Shown in pieces: positions 13,096 through 25,919 of a DNA stretch of 64,000 nucleotides. Every line of letters begins with the position of its first letter. The first letter of the stretch is position 1. Under the pieces are notes generated by a model. It was not told the origin of the DNA. It saw nothing but the letters and a program-made list of their open reading frames with translations, and did not search any database. The stretch covers positions 111,786,001-111,850,000 of the forward strand of contig NC_043001.1 in the NCBI RefSeq assembly GCF_006345805.1. The letters run 5' to 3'. The position numbers and the translations under genes are program-made. This DNA comes from Octopus sinensis. Its lineage: Eukaryota.

Positions 13096-15494
13096 AGAAT
13101 TCAACACATATCTTTCAACAGCAAGTATACATTAAGTAAGATAAATAGATAGTAGTTTTAATTTAAAGTTGCTTCAATTGATTACACCGAAGTATTTTAC
13201 AGCTTGGCTATCTTCTGTAGCACCAATTAGTATTTTATTCACCCATTCCTAAATATTGACACTCGAGCGTACTGAATTCACAAAACTCAACAACGACAAA
13301 ACACGTAATAACGATGTTTCTCTCGTGCCAGTATATGAATCGTGTTTTTAAAACAAGTCAACGAAGAGATTTTATAGCAAGCAATTTCACAGCATCATGC
13401 CTTCTAGAGGTGTATATACAAGTAGTATGATAAATAGATGGCGATTTTGTACTGCTGAAGTCTTTGGCGCCAGGTTTCTGGTTTGAGAATAACTTTCTTA
13501 TTCTCTCTCACCAGATTCGGTGTGCTTGAAAAATAAAGAGGTTTGAGCGTCTCCCTTCTCTCTTTTAAGTAAAACCTAAAAGTAGCACTCTTAAAAAAAA
13601 GCGTAAAAAAATTGTATTTCGAAAGATATGGATGGATAAGTAAAAGAACGAGAACATGAATCCGCGAGAAAAAGCTAGGATTTGCATACTTTACTATAAA
13701 TGAAATTTCAGAAATACTTTGTTCAAATTCCTTGATGCATAGATATATCAATAACTTGGTTTTGAGAGACAAAGCCTTAGGTTACCGTCCATTCCCAGGC
13801 CCCTAAAAGGTTATAATTTCGATCCATTTAATGAAAGAGGTTTAAAAGAAGCTTATTGATCTTATTCAACAGAAAATAAATTGAGTTTTTTTTTAGAAAA
13901 TTGTTTCATACGTCGTCTGTGAATTTAATGTGAGCAAAAAACTAACTCTTTAACATTTTAAAAGTCCATTGAGGAGAATTGTTGTGAAAACAAGCACAAC
14001 GCTCATTGATTTCCTGCTAACATTCGTTATTGAAAAGAAATACTGACATTCATATTCAATCCCGAGCATGAATCCACCGTTGGGGATCGTATTGTATTGC
14101 TGAACATTTTCACCATAAATTACGAAACAAAATAGTATCGCTTACACATACAAAATAAAAGAGAAAAATTACAAAAAATAGAGAAAAATTACAAAAAATA
14201 GAGAAAAATTACAAAATAAAATATTGCCTCATTCTAAATTCTTGCTCTATTTATCTTTCGTGTAATCATCGCTATTCTACTTTCGTCTTAGAAAAATTCC
14301 ATTCTAAACTTCGAAATTTCAATGCTTCGAAAAGAGAAAACAAATTTGCTGGTTCCCTTCTTATGCACAAAAACACTGTGAAATGTATTTTATTTTTATT
14401 CATTATCATTTTCTGAGACTGCGATAATCAATATCTTGCTATTGATAACGATTAAAAAAAAAAAAAAATTACAACACTAAAACCTATTTGTCATAAAAAC
14501 GTGATTCTTGACTATCGGGATTCCATTTTATCGAATTGTTAAAATCAGTAATTTTGCTTGTTTCCGAATTTTAGTTACAGATTTAAAAAGGTAGAAAAAG
14601 TAGCAAAATAAATAAGAAGCAATTCAACCAAAATAACAAATAAAAGATATTTTCCCAGAATCTTTAAAATATAAAACAATATTTATTTTTTAACATGAAA
14701 TTTTAAAACATGTGGAAAAAAATTACATTTTGAAATTATGAAACAAAAATTTTAAATATTTGGAAACACTTCCTGATGTTCCAACTTCTCTTGTATATTC
14801 TAACAATTAAACTTTTGTTCTCAAACAGATATAGGAGATCGAACTAGTCTTAGTGGGTTCATTTACACCGGCTGACACTGAAAGACACGTCAGTAATCAC
14901 TCAGCGCATGCAAAGCGTATTCATCACTCTACGAAATCACAGAAAAGAGACACTGTGCATATACAACAGCGGAAAGAGTAAGAAATAATAAAACAAGCCG
15001 CAGAGTGATGAAAAAATATTGATGTGAAATCCTAACACGATTCTCCAAACCAAAAGCAAAATTCTGCATGCTTCTCAAATGGTCTTAATACCTGAGTAGG
15101 GAATCACATGAAGCTATAAAAAAATACTTACATAAATACTAATAAGCGACAAAAATAAATTGATATACATTTGATAAAGATTGTGTGTGTGTGCGTGTGT
15201 GTATCTATCTTCAACTACTCCTTTTTATTTTGGATGTAGCTATCGTCTGTTGTCCACTTCCAGCACAGTGCTGCATTGCAGCGCTGTATCTCCTCCTGCA
15301 TGCATGTGTGCGTGTGTACGTGTGTGTGTGTGTGTGTGTGAATGTGCGAGTGTGTGTGAATGTATTTCGCTCCCATAAGATGTATATAAATACACACACA
15401 CACGCACATATTATTTTAATATCTTCTCGTCCCATTTTTAACAAATTTGCTGAGTTTTATGGGATATGTTTCCATAAATTCAGATAGCACACCC

Positions 15495-15553
<59 letters not shown>

Positions 15554-15594
15554 GTGCTACGTGAATTTATGGATATATATATATAAATAAATAA

Positions 15595-15649
<55 letters not shown>

Positions 15650-15718
15650 GGAGTAAACACATAAATGTGAAACAAGGTAGAAAAAAGAGTACTCAAATAC
15701 CAGAGGTAGAGTAATATG

Positions 15719-15761
<43 letters not shown>

Positions 15762-16361
15762 TACATACATATATATACATATATATGCATACATGCATTA
15801 TATATATGTGTATATATATATATATACACATGTACACTTCCTTCACACAAGCAGACACACACGCACACACACGGACACACGCATACACACACACATGCGC
15901 GCACACACACATATATACACACACTCTTCAGACAAAATTTGTCCACATTCGAGCCATTGACTATAGCAATAATAATTTTTTTTTCCTTCAAAATATGCGA
16001 AGGCGTAATATATTTTTGTTCATTTACATTATTTGGTTTTGCGTCTGTGTTCATTTTCCATTTTTCTGCTTTCACTTTCCTCCCTTCGAGGTAACGTTAT
16101 CTCTATGTCTTGTAGCCAATTTTTAAATGCAAACAAAAAAAAATTTATCTCAAACCAACGTATTTTTTTACTGAAAATAGTCAAAAATAAATTTCCTGCT
16201 TCACCACAGGCCAGGTCTGCAAGATACGACGGTGAAATAAACAAAGAGTTCAGAGAAAATAATGAAAAAATTCTAAATCTTAATGAGAAATATTCGTACA
16301 TATCTTATCAGAACTTTACTGTCGCAGTCATTATTATTATTATTATTAGTAGTAAGGTGAC

Positions 16362-16660
16362 GTGAAGGCGCATGGCTCAGTGGTTAGAACGTTGAGCTTA
16401 CGATCGTGAGGTTGAGTTCGAATCCTGGACCGGGCTGCGTGTTATGATCTTGAACAAGACACTTTATTTCACGTTGCTCCAGTTCCCTCATCTGTAGAAA
16501 TGAGTAGCGACGTCACAGGTGCCAAGCTGTATCGGTTCCTTTCCCTTGGATAACATCAGTGGTGTGGAAAGGGGAGGCCTGTATGCATGGGCGACTTGTG
16601 CCTGGGAGGGTAACTTTCTAGGTGCAATCCCATGGTCAGTCATGATCGAAGGGGTTCTCA
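16362..16660 (+). mobile_element. SINE with head C + tail Y
   Basis: GTGAAGGCGCATGGCTCAGTGGTTAGAACG..GAGTTCGAATCC (A/B boxes). Tail ..GGGTAACTTTCTAGGTGCAATC is shared with 58138-58454. Confidence 0.92.
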
Positions 16661-16662
16661 GC

Positions 16663-16870
16663 ATTAAGGTGTCAAGCTCGTAGAATCATTATTGCATGAT
16701 GATCAAAATGCTTTGCGTAATTTCTTCCACCTCGTTACGTTCGAATTCTTTGTCGTTCAACCTTTAAGGGTCGAGAAAATAAGCGCCTGTTGAGCACTGG
16801 AGTCGATGTAACCGACTAACTTCTTCCCCTAAAATCACTGGCCTTCTACAAAAATCTGAAAGAATTAATA
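16663..16870 (+). mobile_element. Old SINE-B
   Basis: Diverged core ..agggtcgagaaaataagcgcctgttgagcactggagtcgatgtaaccgact. Confidence 0.65.
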
Positions 16871-16890
16871 TTGCTATTATTACGATGACG

Positions 16891-17123
16891 TAAAGCGGTG
16901 AGCTGGCAGAAACCTTAGCGCGCCGGGCGAAAAGCGTAGCCGTATTTCGCCTGCCGTTACGTTCTGAGTTCAAATTCCGCCGAGGTCGACTTTGCCTGTC
17001 ATCCTTTCGGGGTCGATAAATTAAGTTCCAGTTACGCACTGGGGTCGATATAATCGACTTAATCCGTTTGTCTGTCCTTGTTTGTCCCCCCCTATGTGTA
17101 GCCCTTTGTGGGCAATAAAGAAA
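16891..17123 (+). mobile_element. SINE-B, full length
   Basis: Closely matches 12675-12908 and 12912-13095. Confidence 0.93.
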
Positions 17124-17130
17124 CATATTA

Positions 17131-17300
17131 TTAAGGTGGTGAGCTTGTAGAACTCTTAACACCGGACATCATACTTAGCGATATTTCTTATGGCTCTTTG
17201 TGTCCCAAGTTCAAATATCGCCTGGGTCAGCTTTGCATTTCATTATTTCGGACTAAATAACATAATGTGCAAGTCAAGTATTTCCCTCCCTTCGAAACTG
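17131..17300 (+). mobile_element. Old SINE-B
   Basis: taaggtggtgagcttgtagaa..caagttcaaatatcgcctgggtcagctttgc. Confidence 0.55.
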
Positions 17301-17489
17301 TTGGCCCTGTCGAGAGGAGCAACGTTGATTTCATTGAAAAAGTAATCAATAACAAAATTAATCTAACGAGCGATGAGAGTTTCACCGAATCCACCCGCTA
17401 CAAAGAAAAAATATCCTTGGACAGCTTGTTTATAGAGATTGGTTCTGATAGTTATCTTATCCCAAAAGAAAAAGATCTCAGAATGCGAC

Positions 17490-18050
17490 ATAATGTTTCG
17501 GGGCCTAGCTTCAGTTTGTCTTCGGAAAGGTCACATTCTCATTGAAGACATGTAGCCAAATATAGATTTGTCAGCCATTAGCGAGACGAGGATTTCTGGA
17601 GCGCATCTCTGATATACGTTTCAGCGACTATAGGGTATCTCTTATCTTTCAGACTACTGGGTTCGGATGCCTGTATGACACAGATCTTCCTTGAAATACG
17701 AGCAACCTTCCTGGACCTAAATGGTATGATTCGTGATCCTTGACGTGGATACCATAAAAGTGTCTTTAGATTGGTGGCTGTTTATGCACCGACTGGGGTA
17801 GATCGGCTTGATTTCTTCACATGTATATAAACTTTCGTCGGAACGTTTTGATCTTCAATACTATTTAGGGCCTGGAATTATAGTATTTACGCATGGAAGA
17901 GCTGTTTGGAGCTATAACGCGGATAAACCAACTATATGTAATGCAAGAAAATTTCGACGAGGAAAAAGAAAACGAATGGATGAGATGTGATCAGTCTCCA
18001 AAAATCCTAGAAAGTCGTTGGTAAAATACTGTTACAGATTTCAAGTTGTT
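17490..18050 (+). mobile_element. Decayed Tx1/L1-type non-LTR retrotransposon, ORF2 AP-endonuclease fragment
   Basis: Frameshifted translation gives (N)VRGLAS..IDLSAISETRISG..FLD..FRLVAVYAPTGVDRLDFF (RLVAVYAPTG at ~17768-17797), typical of L1/Tx1 endonuclease motifs. Confidence 0.75.
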
Positions 18051-18574
18051 ATTGTAGGTTGGTGGTGATGGTGACGATATTGTTTGTAGTGATGGCATTA
18101 CTGTTTAGGCGGTTAACAAGCTCTCTCAAGGCGCATCGTAATTTCTGGTTCCCAGTTTTTGACGAACCTGTGTTTCCAGCCAATATTTATTCTCCTCTTC
18201 ATCCCGGTAAAGACATTCTGCGAAAGATCGCTTGCCACAACATCATTGTATGATAAAGACTCTGAATTGGAGACCCTATTAACACAACAGATTGCTGGAA
18301 GTAATTCTTTGTGTATGATTTGCGTTTCGCAAAGGTTACTCTTGGTAGCCTCATTTTGGGTTTCGTGTTAGGTTTCTGTTCCTGTTACTTTTGATGGTGG
18401 TGCTGGGGTTCGTTTACTTCGGCCGCTGTTTTTTGGCACATTTGTCGAGGCTTTTCTGGGTCAACGTTAACTAATCTATAAAATAAATCTAAAAGCAGGT
18501 TTAGATTTCAACTGCATTCAATTCTGATCACTTATACAGCATTGCCGTCTTCTTTAACTTCCTCCTCATCATCA

Positions 18575-18870
18575 CCAATCTCATCACCACTACTATCTTC
18601 CTCCTCCTCATCATCATTATTATCAACAATAACATCACTAAAACTGCTGCCTCCATCACCACCGACATCACCACCACCATAACAACCAGTACCACCATAA
18701 CAACCAGCACCACGCGACCACCACCACAACCACTACCACCACCACCATCACCACCAACAACAACAACAACAGCAGCAACAACAAAACAACAATTTTATCA
18801 TCATCATCATCTTCATCATCATCATCATCATCATCACCGTTGTCATCATCATCTTCGTCTTCATCACCAT
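18575..18870. repeat. (CAT)/(CAC)/(CAA) compound trinucleotide repeat
   Basis: Direct inspection. Confidence 0.9.
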
Positions 18871-19144
18871 CACTTTTTCCTTTGTCTTCCTTCCAACAGC
18901 TTCTCCACCCTCTACTTGCTGATTTGTTCGATTCACCCGTTCTGTTTCTCGTTGCTTTTCCCATTATTACTTCTTTTTGTTTTTCTATTTTTTTTCCTCA
19001 TCGATTTTCTTCATCTTCTTCTTTATTGTTGACTTCAATATTCGAAATGTGGAAAAAAAAGGAAAAGAAAAGAATTATGGTTAGTTTAAAGAACGATCAT
19101 ATTTGCTGATTCTTTCTCTTACATTATGTTTTAGGCTAAAAGGT

Positions 19145-19329
19145 ATACTAAATCATCCATCATATCAACATCCTCATCACGATTTGTTGCCATCGTCATC
19201 GCCCCCCGATGTCATCATTGCCCACATCATCGTCGCCACCATCACCATCACCACCATCCATCATCACCATCCATCATCACGATCATCACGATCATCACGA
19301 TCATCACGATCATCATCATCATCATCACC

Positions 19330-19361
<32 letters not shown>

Positions 19362-19376
19362 CATCCATCATCACTA

Positions 19377-19414
<38 letters not shown>

Positions 19415-19431
19415 TCATCACGATCATCACG

Positions 19432-19462
<31 letters not shown>

Positions 19463-19496
19463 CGATCATCATCATCATCATCATCCATCATCACCA

Positions 19497-19529
<33 letters not shown>

Positions 19530-19646
19530 GTCGTCGTCCTCGTCATCACCATCATCACCATCATCACCATCATCATCATCACCATCATCATCATCATCCA
19601 TCATCACCATCCATCATCACCATCATCACCATCATCATCCTTCATC

Positions 19647-19678
<32 letters not shown>

Positions 19679-19975
19679 CATCGTCGTCGTCCTCGTCATC
19701 ACCATCATCACCATCATCACCATCATCATCATCACCATCATCATCCATCATCACCATCCATCATCACCATCATCACCATCACCATCCATCATCACCATCA
19801 TCACGATCATCAACATCATCATCATCATCATCATCGTCGTCATCACCATCATCATCATCATCCATCATCACCATCCATCATCACAATCATCACCATCATC
19901 ATCCATCATCATCATCATCGTCATCATCATCATTACCATCAACATCATCACCATGACCGTCCTCACCAACGCCAA
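19145..19975. repeat. ~830-bp (CAT)n compound microsatellite with higher-order repetition
   Basis: CAT/CAC/CGT variants; source of the 326-aa and 269-aa poly-His/Ile/Ser ORFs. Confidence 0.95.
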
Positions 19976-20529
19976 TATGCTTATAGCCGTAATTTTTTTT
20001 TATCTTCATGGTCATTAACAACGCGAACATTATTAACATCATCATCACTAAAAATAACTAAGAGGAAAGTGAGGAGCAACTAGAAATGTTTCGGAGGCTG
20101 TTGAAATATTCCCTGGAAGTACTCTGTTTTTTTTTTTTTTTTTTTTTTTTCATTCGATCTAAACTAAAGAATAATATTCTAAAAGAAAACTGCTTCTGCA
20201 ACTGTTTACGTGTGTATATACTAACACGCAACACTACACTCGCTGAAATGCTAATTCATATGCAGTCGTTAATATCGCACGCATAATTCACCAACTAAGT
20301 TTCTTCTCCACGCTAACAAGATCACAATAACGAAGTCACCATGATAGCAGCCGATACAAAGATAAAAAAAAAATGATGTATCTCATTAAAAAACTATATA
20401 ATAAGCTTTTACACGCAACACAGTCAACGAACAACACGTAGAACATATTCATCGAAGTATATGATTTTATCTTCTTTCAATTTCTTTTGTATTTCTTGCT
20501 GCCTGTAATTTACCTTCAAATAGTTTGAC

Positions 20530-20610
<81 letters not shown>

Positions 20611-21068
20611 CACTTTGTGTTTGGTCTTGCACCTCCGTTGTCCTTTTCAAAATTTATCATACGACTATCCTACTTTTGTTGGTTTGACCTTGTTCACTAT
20701 CTCCTTTCGTTTTGCATATTATACTTTTTTCTGTATTCCTCTTGTTCTCGTGCACAATCGTCGGTAGTATGTAGTTATGCAATATTAATATACTCTGGGC
20801 ACCTTTGCCATGAACAATATCGTCTTAGGTGACAAAACAGTTATTATATCCAATTGGCAACTAAACAGATGAAGGTAACATTCTTTTCCTGTAAATATAC
20901 TTGTTCCTCTATACTAATATATACACTCACACACATGGAGGATGCGATGGGTAAATTGTCGCCATTATATATTCCTAATTTCGCGCAGGTGCCTTGTCTG
21001 TTTTTGATTTTGTCGACTGCATGGTATAGTAGGGTCCGTTGGGCACCGTCTGTGAGAAATACAGCACC

Positions 21069-21815
21069 ATGACGCATTTCATTCTGCCAGAAATTTGGAA
21101 ACAACATACTGTACTGCTTGGTATTCACGCTGTAAGCTCCAATACGAACATTTCACAGTGCTTGGGTGTCTCTCGGAGGACAGTGTCATCTAAAGATGTG
21201 TAGCGAGAGTGAACAAAATCAAACATCCAATCAACATGATGGTGTTTGGAGTGATTGCTAGTGATGGCGACGTTATACCTCTATTCATTTTCTCACAAGC
21301 ACTCAACACGGAGGACTACCTCAAGTGCCTGGAGGAGGTATTGCTGCCCCGGTCAAGAGGGTAGTCGTTGGAAGACCCTATGTCTAGTAACAGATCTCTG
21401 CACCATGCCACACAGGCAGGAGAACCCAGTCATGGCTTCCAGACAATTTCTGCAGCCACATCACCCCTAACGTCTGGCCACCTAACTCCTCAGACTGCAA
21501 CCCCCTTGATTATTATGTGTGGAGCGCAGTTGAGCGGGCGACCAACAGAACTTTTTGTAACAGCAAAGATGAACTGAAGGTAAGGGTTATGGCAACATTC
21601 ACCAACTTAAATAACGAGAGTGCCCAGAAGAGTTTCAGGAGATTCCGAAGTTGTCTGGAGGCCGAGGTTGAAGCCAATGACGATTTTATTAAATAAATTT
21701 ACTCTTTAGTATTTCAAGATATCTTCATGTAATTTTGATAAATATATCTGTTCACATGAGATGTCAGTGTTAGTTTCATTTTTGTGTAATTTAGACAACA
21801 ATTCAGTCACTGCAA
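21069..21815 (+). mobile_element. Decayed, internally deleted maT-type (DD37D) Tc1/mariner transposon
   Basis: N-terminus MTHFILPEIWKQHTVLLGIH..CLGVSRRTV, then HPINMMVFGVIASDG..SAPCHTGRRTQSWLPDNFCSHITPNVWPPNSSDCNPLDYYVWSAVE..IK*. There are 37 residues between the position of the second catalytic D (here mutated, codon ATC) and the D of NPLD. Confidence 0.82.
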
Positions 21816-22004
21816 CCATATATATATATTGCTACTATCTCATATATCTAGAAAATGAGCATATTCTAAACAATAGAGCAAAGTATTAATTAAAGTAATA
21901 AAGTCTATGTCCTGTCATAGAGTGACCAATGTTTTCGCATCCACAAAGGGCTTTGCCACCTGACTTTAAAGCCGAAAATAAATGTATAACAGATGCAGGC
22001 ATGG

Positions 22005-22520
22005 CTGTGGTAAGAAGCTTGCACTTTCAACCACATTGCTTCGGGTTGAGTCCCACCACAGCACACCTTGGACAAGGGTCACGAGATTTGCTGAACGGAA
22101 ACTGAAAGGAACCTGCCATGTTAATGTACCTACCTACCTACCTACCTACCTACCTACCTACCTACCTACTTACGTACATAATACTTCTATACATACATAT
22201 ACATACATATATATATATACATTTACATACATACATATATTTATATATATATATATATATATATGAATATTTATATATATGCATGTATGTGTGTATGTCT
22301 GCTTGTGTTTACCTCGCACCATCGTTTGAAAACTACTATTGGCTTGTTTACGCAGTTTCTTTAAATATAGAAGTAGAAAAAGTTCCACTCTCCCACAAAC
22401 ATAGACAAGTCGATCTGTTCGATAAACCTTTGAGGAAGGCGTCGCAGTATGTCCTCTGCAGTCCAATGATTCAAACAATTATGGCGGTGCTCCAGCCTGG
22501 CCGCAGAACAAGAATAAAAT
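22005..22520 (+). mobile_element. Old SINE-A-like element with expanded internal (CCTA)/(TA) microsatellite
   Basis: Head caggcatggctgtggtaagaagcttgc.. and tail ggcggtgctccagcctggccgcag. Confidence 0.65.
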
Positions 22521-22834
22521 AATATATATTATAGAGTTGGTGATTATAACTAAACAAGTAGTGATTCATTCTGGTAGTACACGGTATTTTACACTGGTAG
22601 AGTATTACTGGTTCTGTCAGACGAGGTTTTGGGTATAATGAAGGATTACAGAGAATTCCAACGGCGTTGCAATTGGCCAACGCAATGTTTGTAGGGTTCA
22701 ATAACTTCTTCATTGCGCCAGGAATATTTTCTGGTGAATGACACTTAGAATAAATGCGGCAAGATTATGAATATGAATGGATTGAATCAGTTAATTAGGA
22801 AAGATTTACTGCTAGCACAGCACACAGGCATATG

Positions 22835-22904
<70 letters not shown>

Positions 22905-22906
<2 letters not shown>

Positions 22907-22995
22907 ATAGAAATGGCAAGACAACAAAAGAATGAAAGAATCCTCGATATTGTGTAAAGAGAGGAATTTATCTGTAAATATAACATGTGACAATT
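22905..22995 (-). mobile_element. Remnant of the PLE-2 terminal repeat
   Basis: Aligns by eye with 63394-63470 (ttgata..acaaaagaa..gaaaga..ctc.atatt.tgtaaa.agaggaa). Confidence 0.6.
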
Positions 22996-23013
22996 GTAAC
23001 ATATAATATTTAC

Positions 23014-23049
<36 letters not shown>

Positions 23050-23057
23050 AGATATAA

Positions 23058-24180
23058 TATGGAGCCATCTCAAAGGAAACACGAATAGTGTGTGCTGTTA
23101 CACAGACCACTCTCTTGGGGCCATTGCTTTTCATAGTGACCCTCTCATGTGTGTCCTCAACTGTCCGGTTAGCCACCCTCGCTAGCTACGCATATGATAC
23201 GAAGGACACAGAAGGAAAAATAGCCCTAGCGATGTTGCACCTCTGTAGCAGGAGTTGGGCGCAGTTTACAGATGGGCTGAGGACAATAATATGCAGTTTA
23301 ATTCTGGATAATTACATACCCTGTGCTACTAGCATCCAAAGTTGAACGGAAAACTTATAGGGTACACTGGTCCGTGGAAGATTACAATCCGAGAACCTTA
23401 TTCAGTGTATGACGTAGGTATCGACCCGAATGATGATACCCCTTTCCCAACTTGAGTGATGATATCTCTTTCCAAGTTTACATTACCAAAATGGCGACAA
23501 AGTGCAGACGGCTCGCTGGATGAATCCTGAAAACCTTCAGAACCCGAGAGGAGGAAGCCATGATGGTCCCCTGAAGGACATTCGTCCTCAGCGTCTGGAC
23601 TACTGCTCCCAACTATGGTCACCTCACAGCGGACTTTGAAGCAATCCAGCGAAACTACATAAAGAAGATCATCTCATTGCAACAGCTCAGCTATTGGGAA
23701 CAGCTAAGACTATACTCCCCGGAGCGAAGGCGGGAAAGATATGAAGTGATATACATCTGAAAGATCCTGGAAAGGATTGTACCAAATTTTGACGTTGAAA
23801 GCTACACCAATGCCTGAACGGGGCGCCACTGCACAATGCCAAAGATCTCGACAATGCTCTTGCGCCTCAGGACCGGTTACTGCAACACTCTGGGTTTCAA
23901 GGGCCCATAGCTATTTAATATTCTCCCAAAGAGTGTGAGGGACCTACGTAAAGTGGATGTAGGTGTTTTCAATGCAAAACTGGATCTCTTCCTGTCGAGG
24001 GTCCCAGATGAACCTACCTCGCGGCAGGAGGTGCAAATGAGGGCCGCAACGTCAAACTCCCTTATTCACCAAATGCCACATATCTGGGGAGGCTCTCAAT
24101 GTTAGGAGTATAGTAAAACGGCAGTGTCCCAGCATGGCCACAGCTTTGAGCTGAAACCGATAAAAGAAAAAAAGAAAGAA
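23058..24180 (+). mobile_element. Decayed CR1/L2-group LINE, 3' part of RT plus 3' UTR and tail
   Basis: Translations LLGPLLFIVTLS..LASYAYDTK (YADD motif, 23187-23204), RLDYCSQLWSPH, LSYWE..ERRRERY, with many stops and frameshifts. Ends in GGCAGTGTCCCAGCATGGCCACAGCTTTGAGCTGAAAC plus an A-rich tail. Confidence 0.88.
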
Positions 24181-24185
24181 AGGAA

Positions 24186-24216
<31 letters not shown>

Positions 24217-24303
24217 CACAGATATATATGCGTGTGTGTATATATATGTATATGTGGGTGTGTGTATATATGCATACATATATACTTGTATGTATGCATG
24301 TGT

Positions 24304-24495
24304 GTGAGGATACGTGGCCTAGTAGTTAGGGCGTTGCTCTCACAATCGCGAGATCGTGGTTTCAATTCCTAGACTGGATGGTGCCTTGTGTTCTTAAGCA
24401 AAACCCTTCCTCTCACGTTGCTCTACGATCCCTTCAATACCTGACACGCGGTCACTCGTGCAACTGTCCAGGAAACGCCGATTGGATGGGAGTAC
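24304..24495 (+). mobile_element. SINE-C-related element, divergent tail
   Basis: gtgaggatacgtggcctagtagttaggg..ggtttcaattcc..tgtgttcttaagcaaaac. Confidence 0.6.
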
Positions 24496-25143
24496 AACAT
24501 ATATATTTGATCACTATAAAGAAATCAACAGCTTGTATACGCATTAGCATTCCGTTAAATGATCCATAGATTTCTATGGTAAATACATATATGCTGACAG
24601 ACGGAATTGCTCGACAACCTGCCGAACATGCGATCTTCACTGAAGAAGCCTACGGAAATCGGTGAAGCTAATCATTTAGTCTGAGTGATTCTCAAGTTAA
24701 TGGTGAGGCAGTTACAACTCCTCTCAGCATGTAGGTATACATTTGCGCTCTTCCTACAGCATGAAGGGTATTTTAACTCTTATTTCTAGCAATGTAGATG
24801 TCTTAGTATCCCTAGTCACATTTAGTAACGATTGTATTTGACACGCACACACACATACACATAAGTGATGTTTATTGTGACTCTGAGTTAGAGTTAGAAA
24901 TCCATAAATTCCGTTACCCTCGGTAGAAGACACCTGGGAATAAAATTCGTGCTATATGGACATAATTTATAAAGGTTACTGACATTAAACATAGTTCTAT
25001 TGTTAATTAATAATTCCTGAGAATGTGACATTTTGTAAATAATTGCACAATGGTGAGAAACGTAATCATTCTGTGACTGCAGCTTAAGCACGTGTAAAGT
25101 TGTTGATATGTGTATAAGAACAAACTGTACTCTTCATTTTTAT

Positions 25144-25237
<94 letters not shown>

Positions 25238-25253
25238 CAACCATCCATCCATC

Positions 25254-25326
<73 letters not shown>

Positions 25327-25352
25327 GCTATCTATCCAACCATCCATCCATC

Positions 25353-25445
<93 letters not shown>

Positions 25446-25471
25446 GCTATCTATCCAACCATCCATCCATC

Positions 25472-25545
<74 letters not shown>

Positions 25546-25546
25546 A
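25144..25546. repeat. (TCTA)n microsatellite with three higher-order units
   Basis: Landmark CCAACCATCCATCCATCATC at 25237, 25336 and 25455. Confidence 0.95.
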
Positions 25547-25639
25547 ATTAATAATACCAGGTTAATAAATATTTTAGAAATTTTTGCTACCAGTGGCATA
25601 GCGTATAGAAAAAAATAGTCAATATACTATATATTATTC

Positions 25640-25919
25640 ATATAAAATACACTGTACATTTAAACACATTAAGAGACTTTCCATCATTGTTTAATCTTGG
25701 CGCACCTGTTGACGAAGACTTCGCCTAGCAAATTATTTTATTTGCTAAAATAAGTCAGAAACCATGGTCCAGGAAATAGACGGTAAATGTTTTTTTTATT
25801 TTTCATTCCCTTCGAGAGTTTATCCCAAATTAGTGGTTTGGACTTTAGCTGTTCCTTCTAGCGTAAGGGAGTCCTATGATGGAACGCTCTTAATGTGTTT
25901 AAATGTTCACTGTATTTTA

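Noticed and set aside
14152-14220. 20-bp tandem repeat AAAATAGAGAAAAATTACAA x3
   Set aside because: An ordinary short AT-rich tandem duplication with no further structure.
18532-18729. Gly/acidic ORF (GAGCYGGTGCYGG..DDEEEED) resembling a structural protein
   Set aside because: It lies wholly in CAT/CAC/CAA trinucleotide repeats, and the composition follows from the repeat.
19103-20083. 326-aa and 269-aa His/Ser/Ile-rich ORFs
   Set aside because: Translation of a (CAT)n microsatellite, which lacks stops in these frames. No splice or codon evidence.
24640-24672. CTGAAGAAGCC..GGTGAAGC hammerhead-like motif
   Set aside because: GAAA is replaced by GAAG, and no helix III, cleavage site or helix I pairing was found.
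25144-25546. CRISPR-like spaced repeats
   Set aside because: The spacers are TCTA microsatellite, not unique sequence; eukaryotic context with no cas genes.
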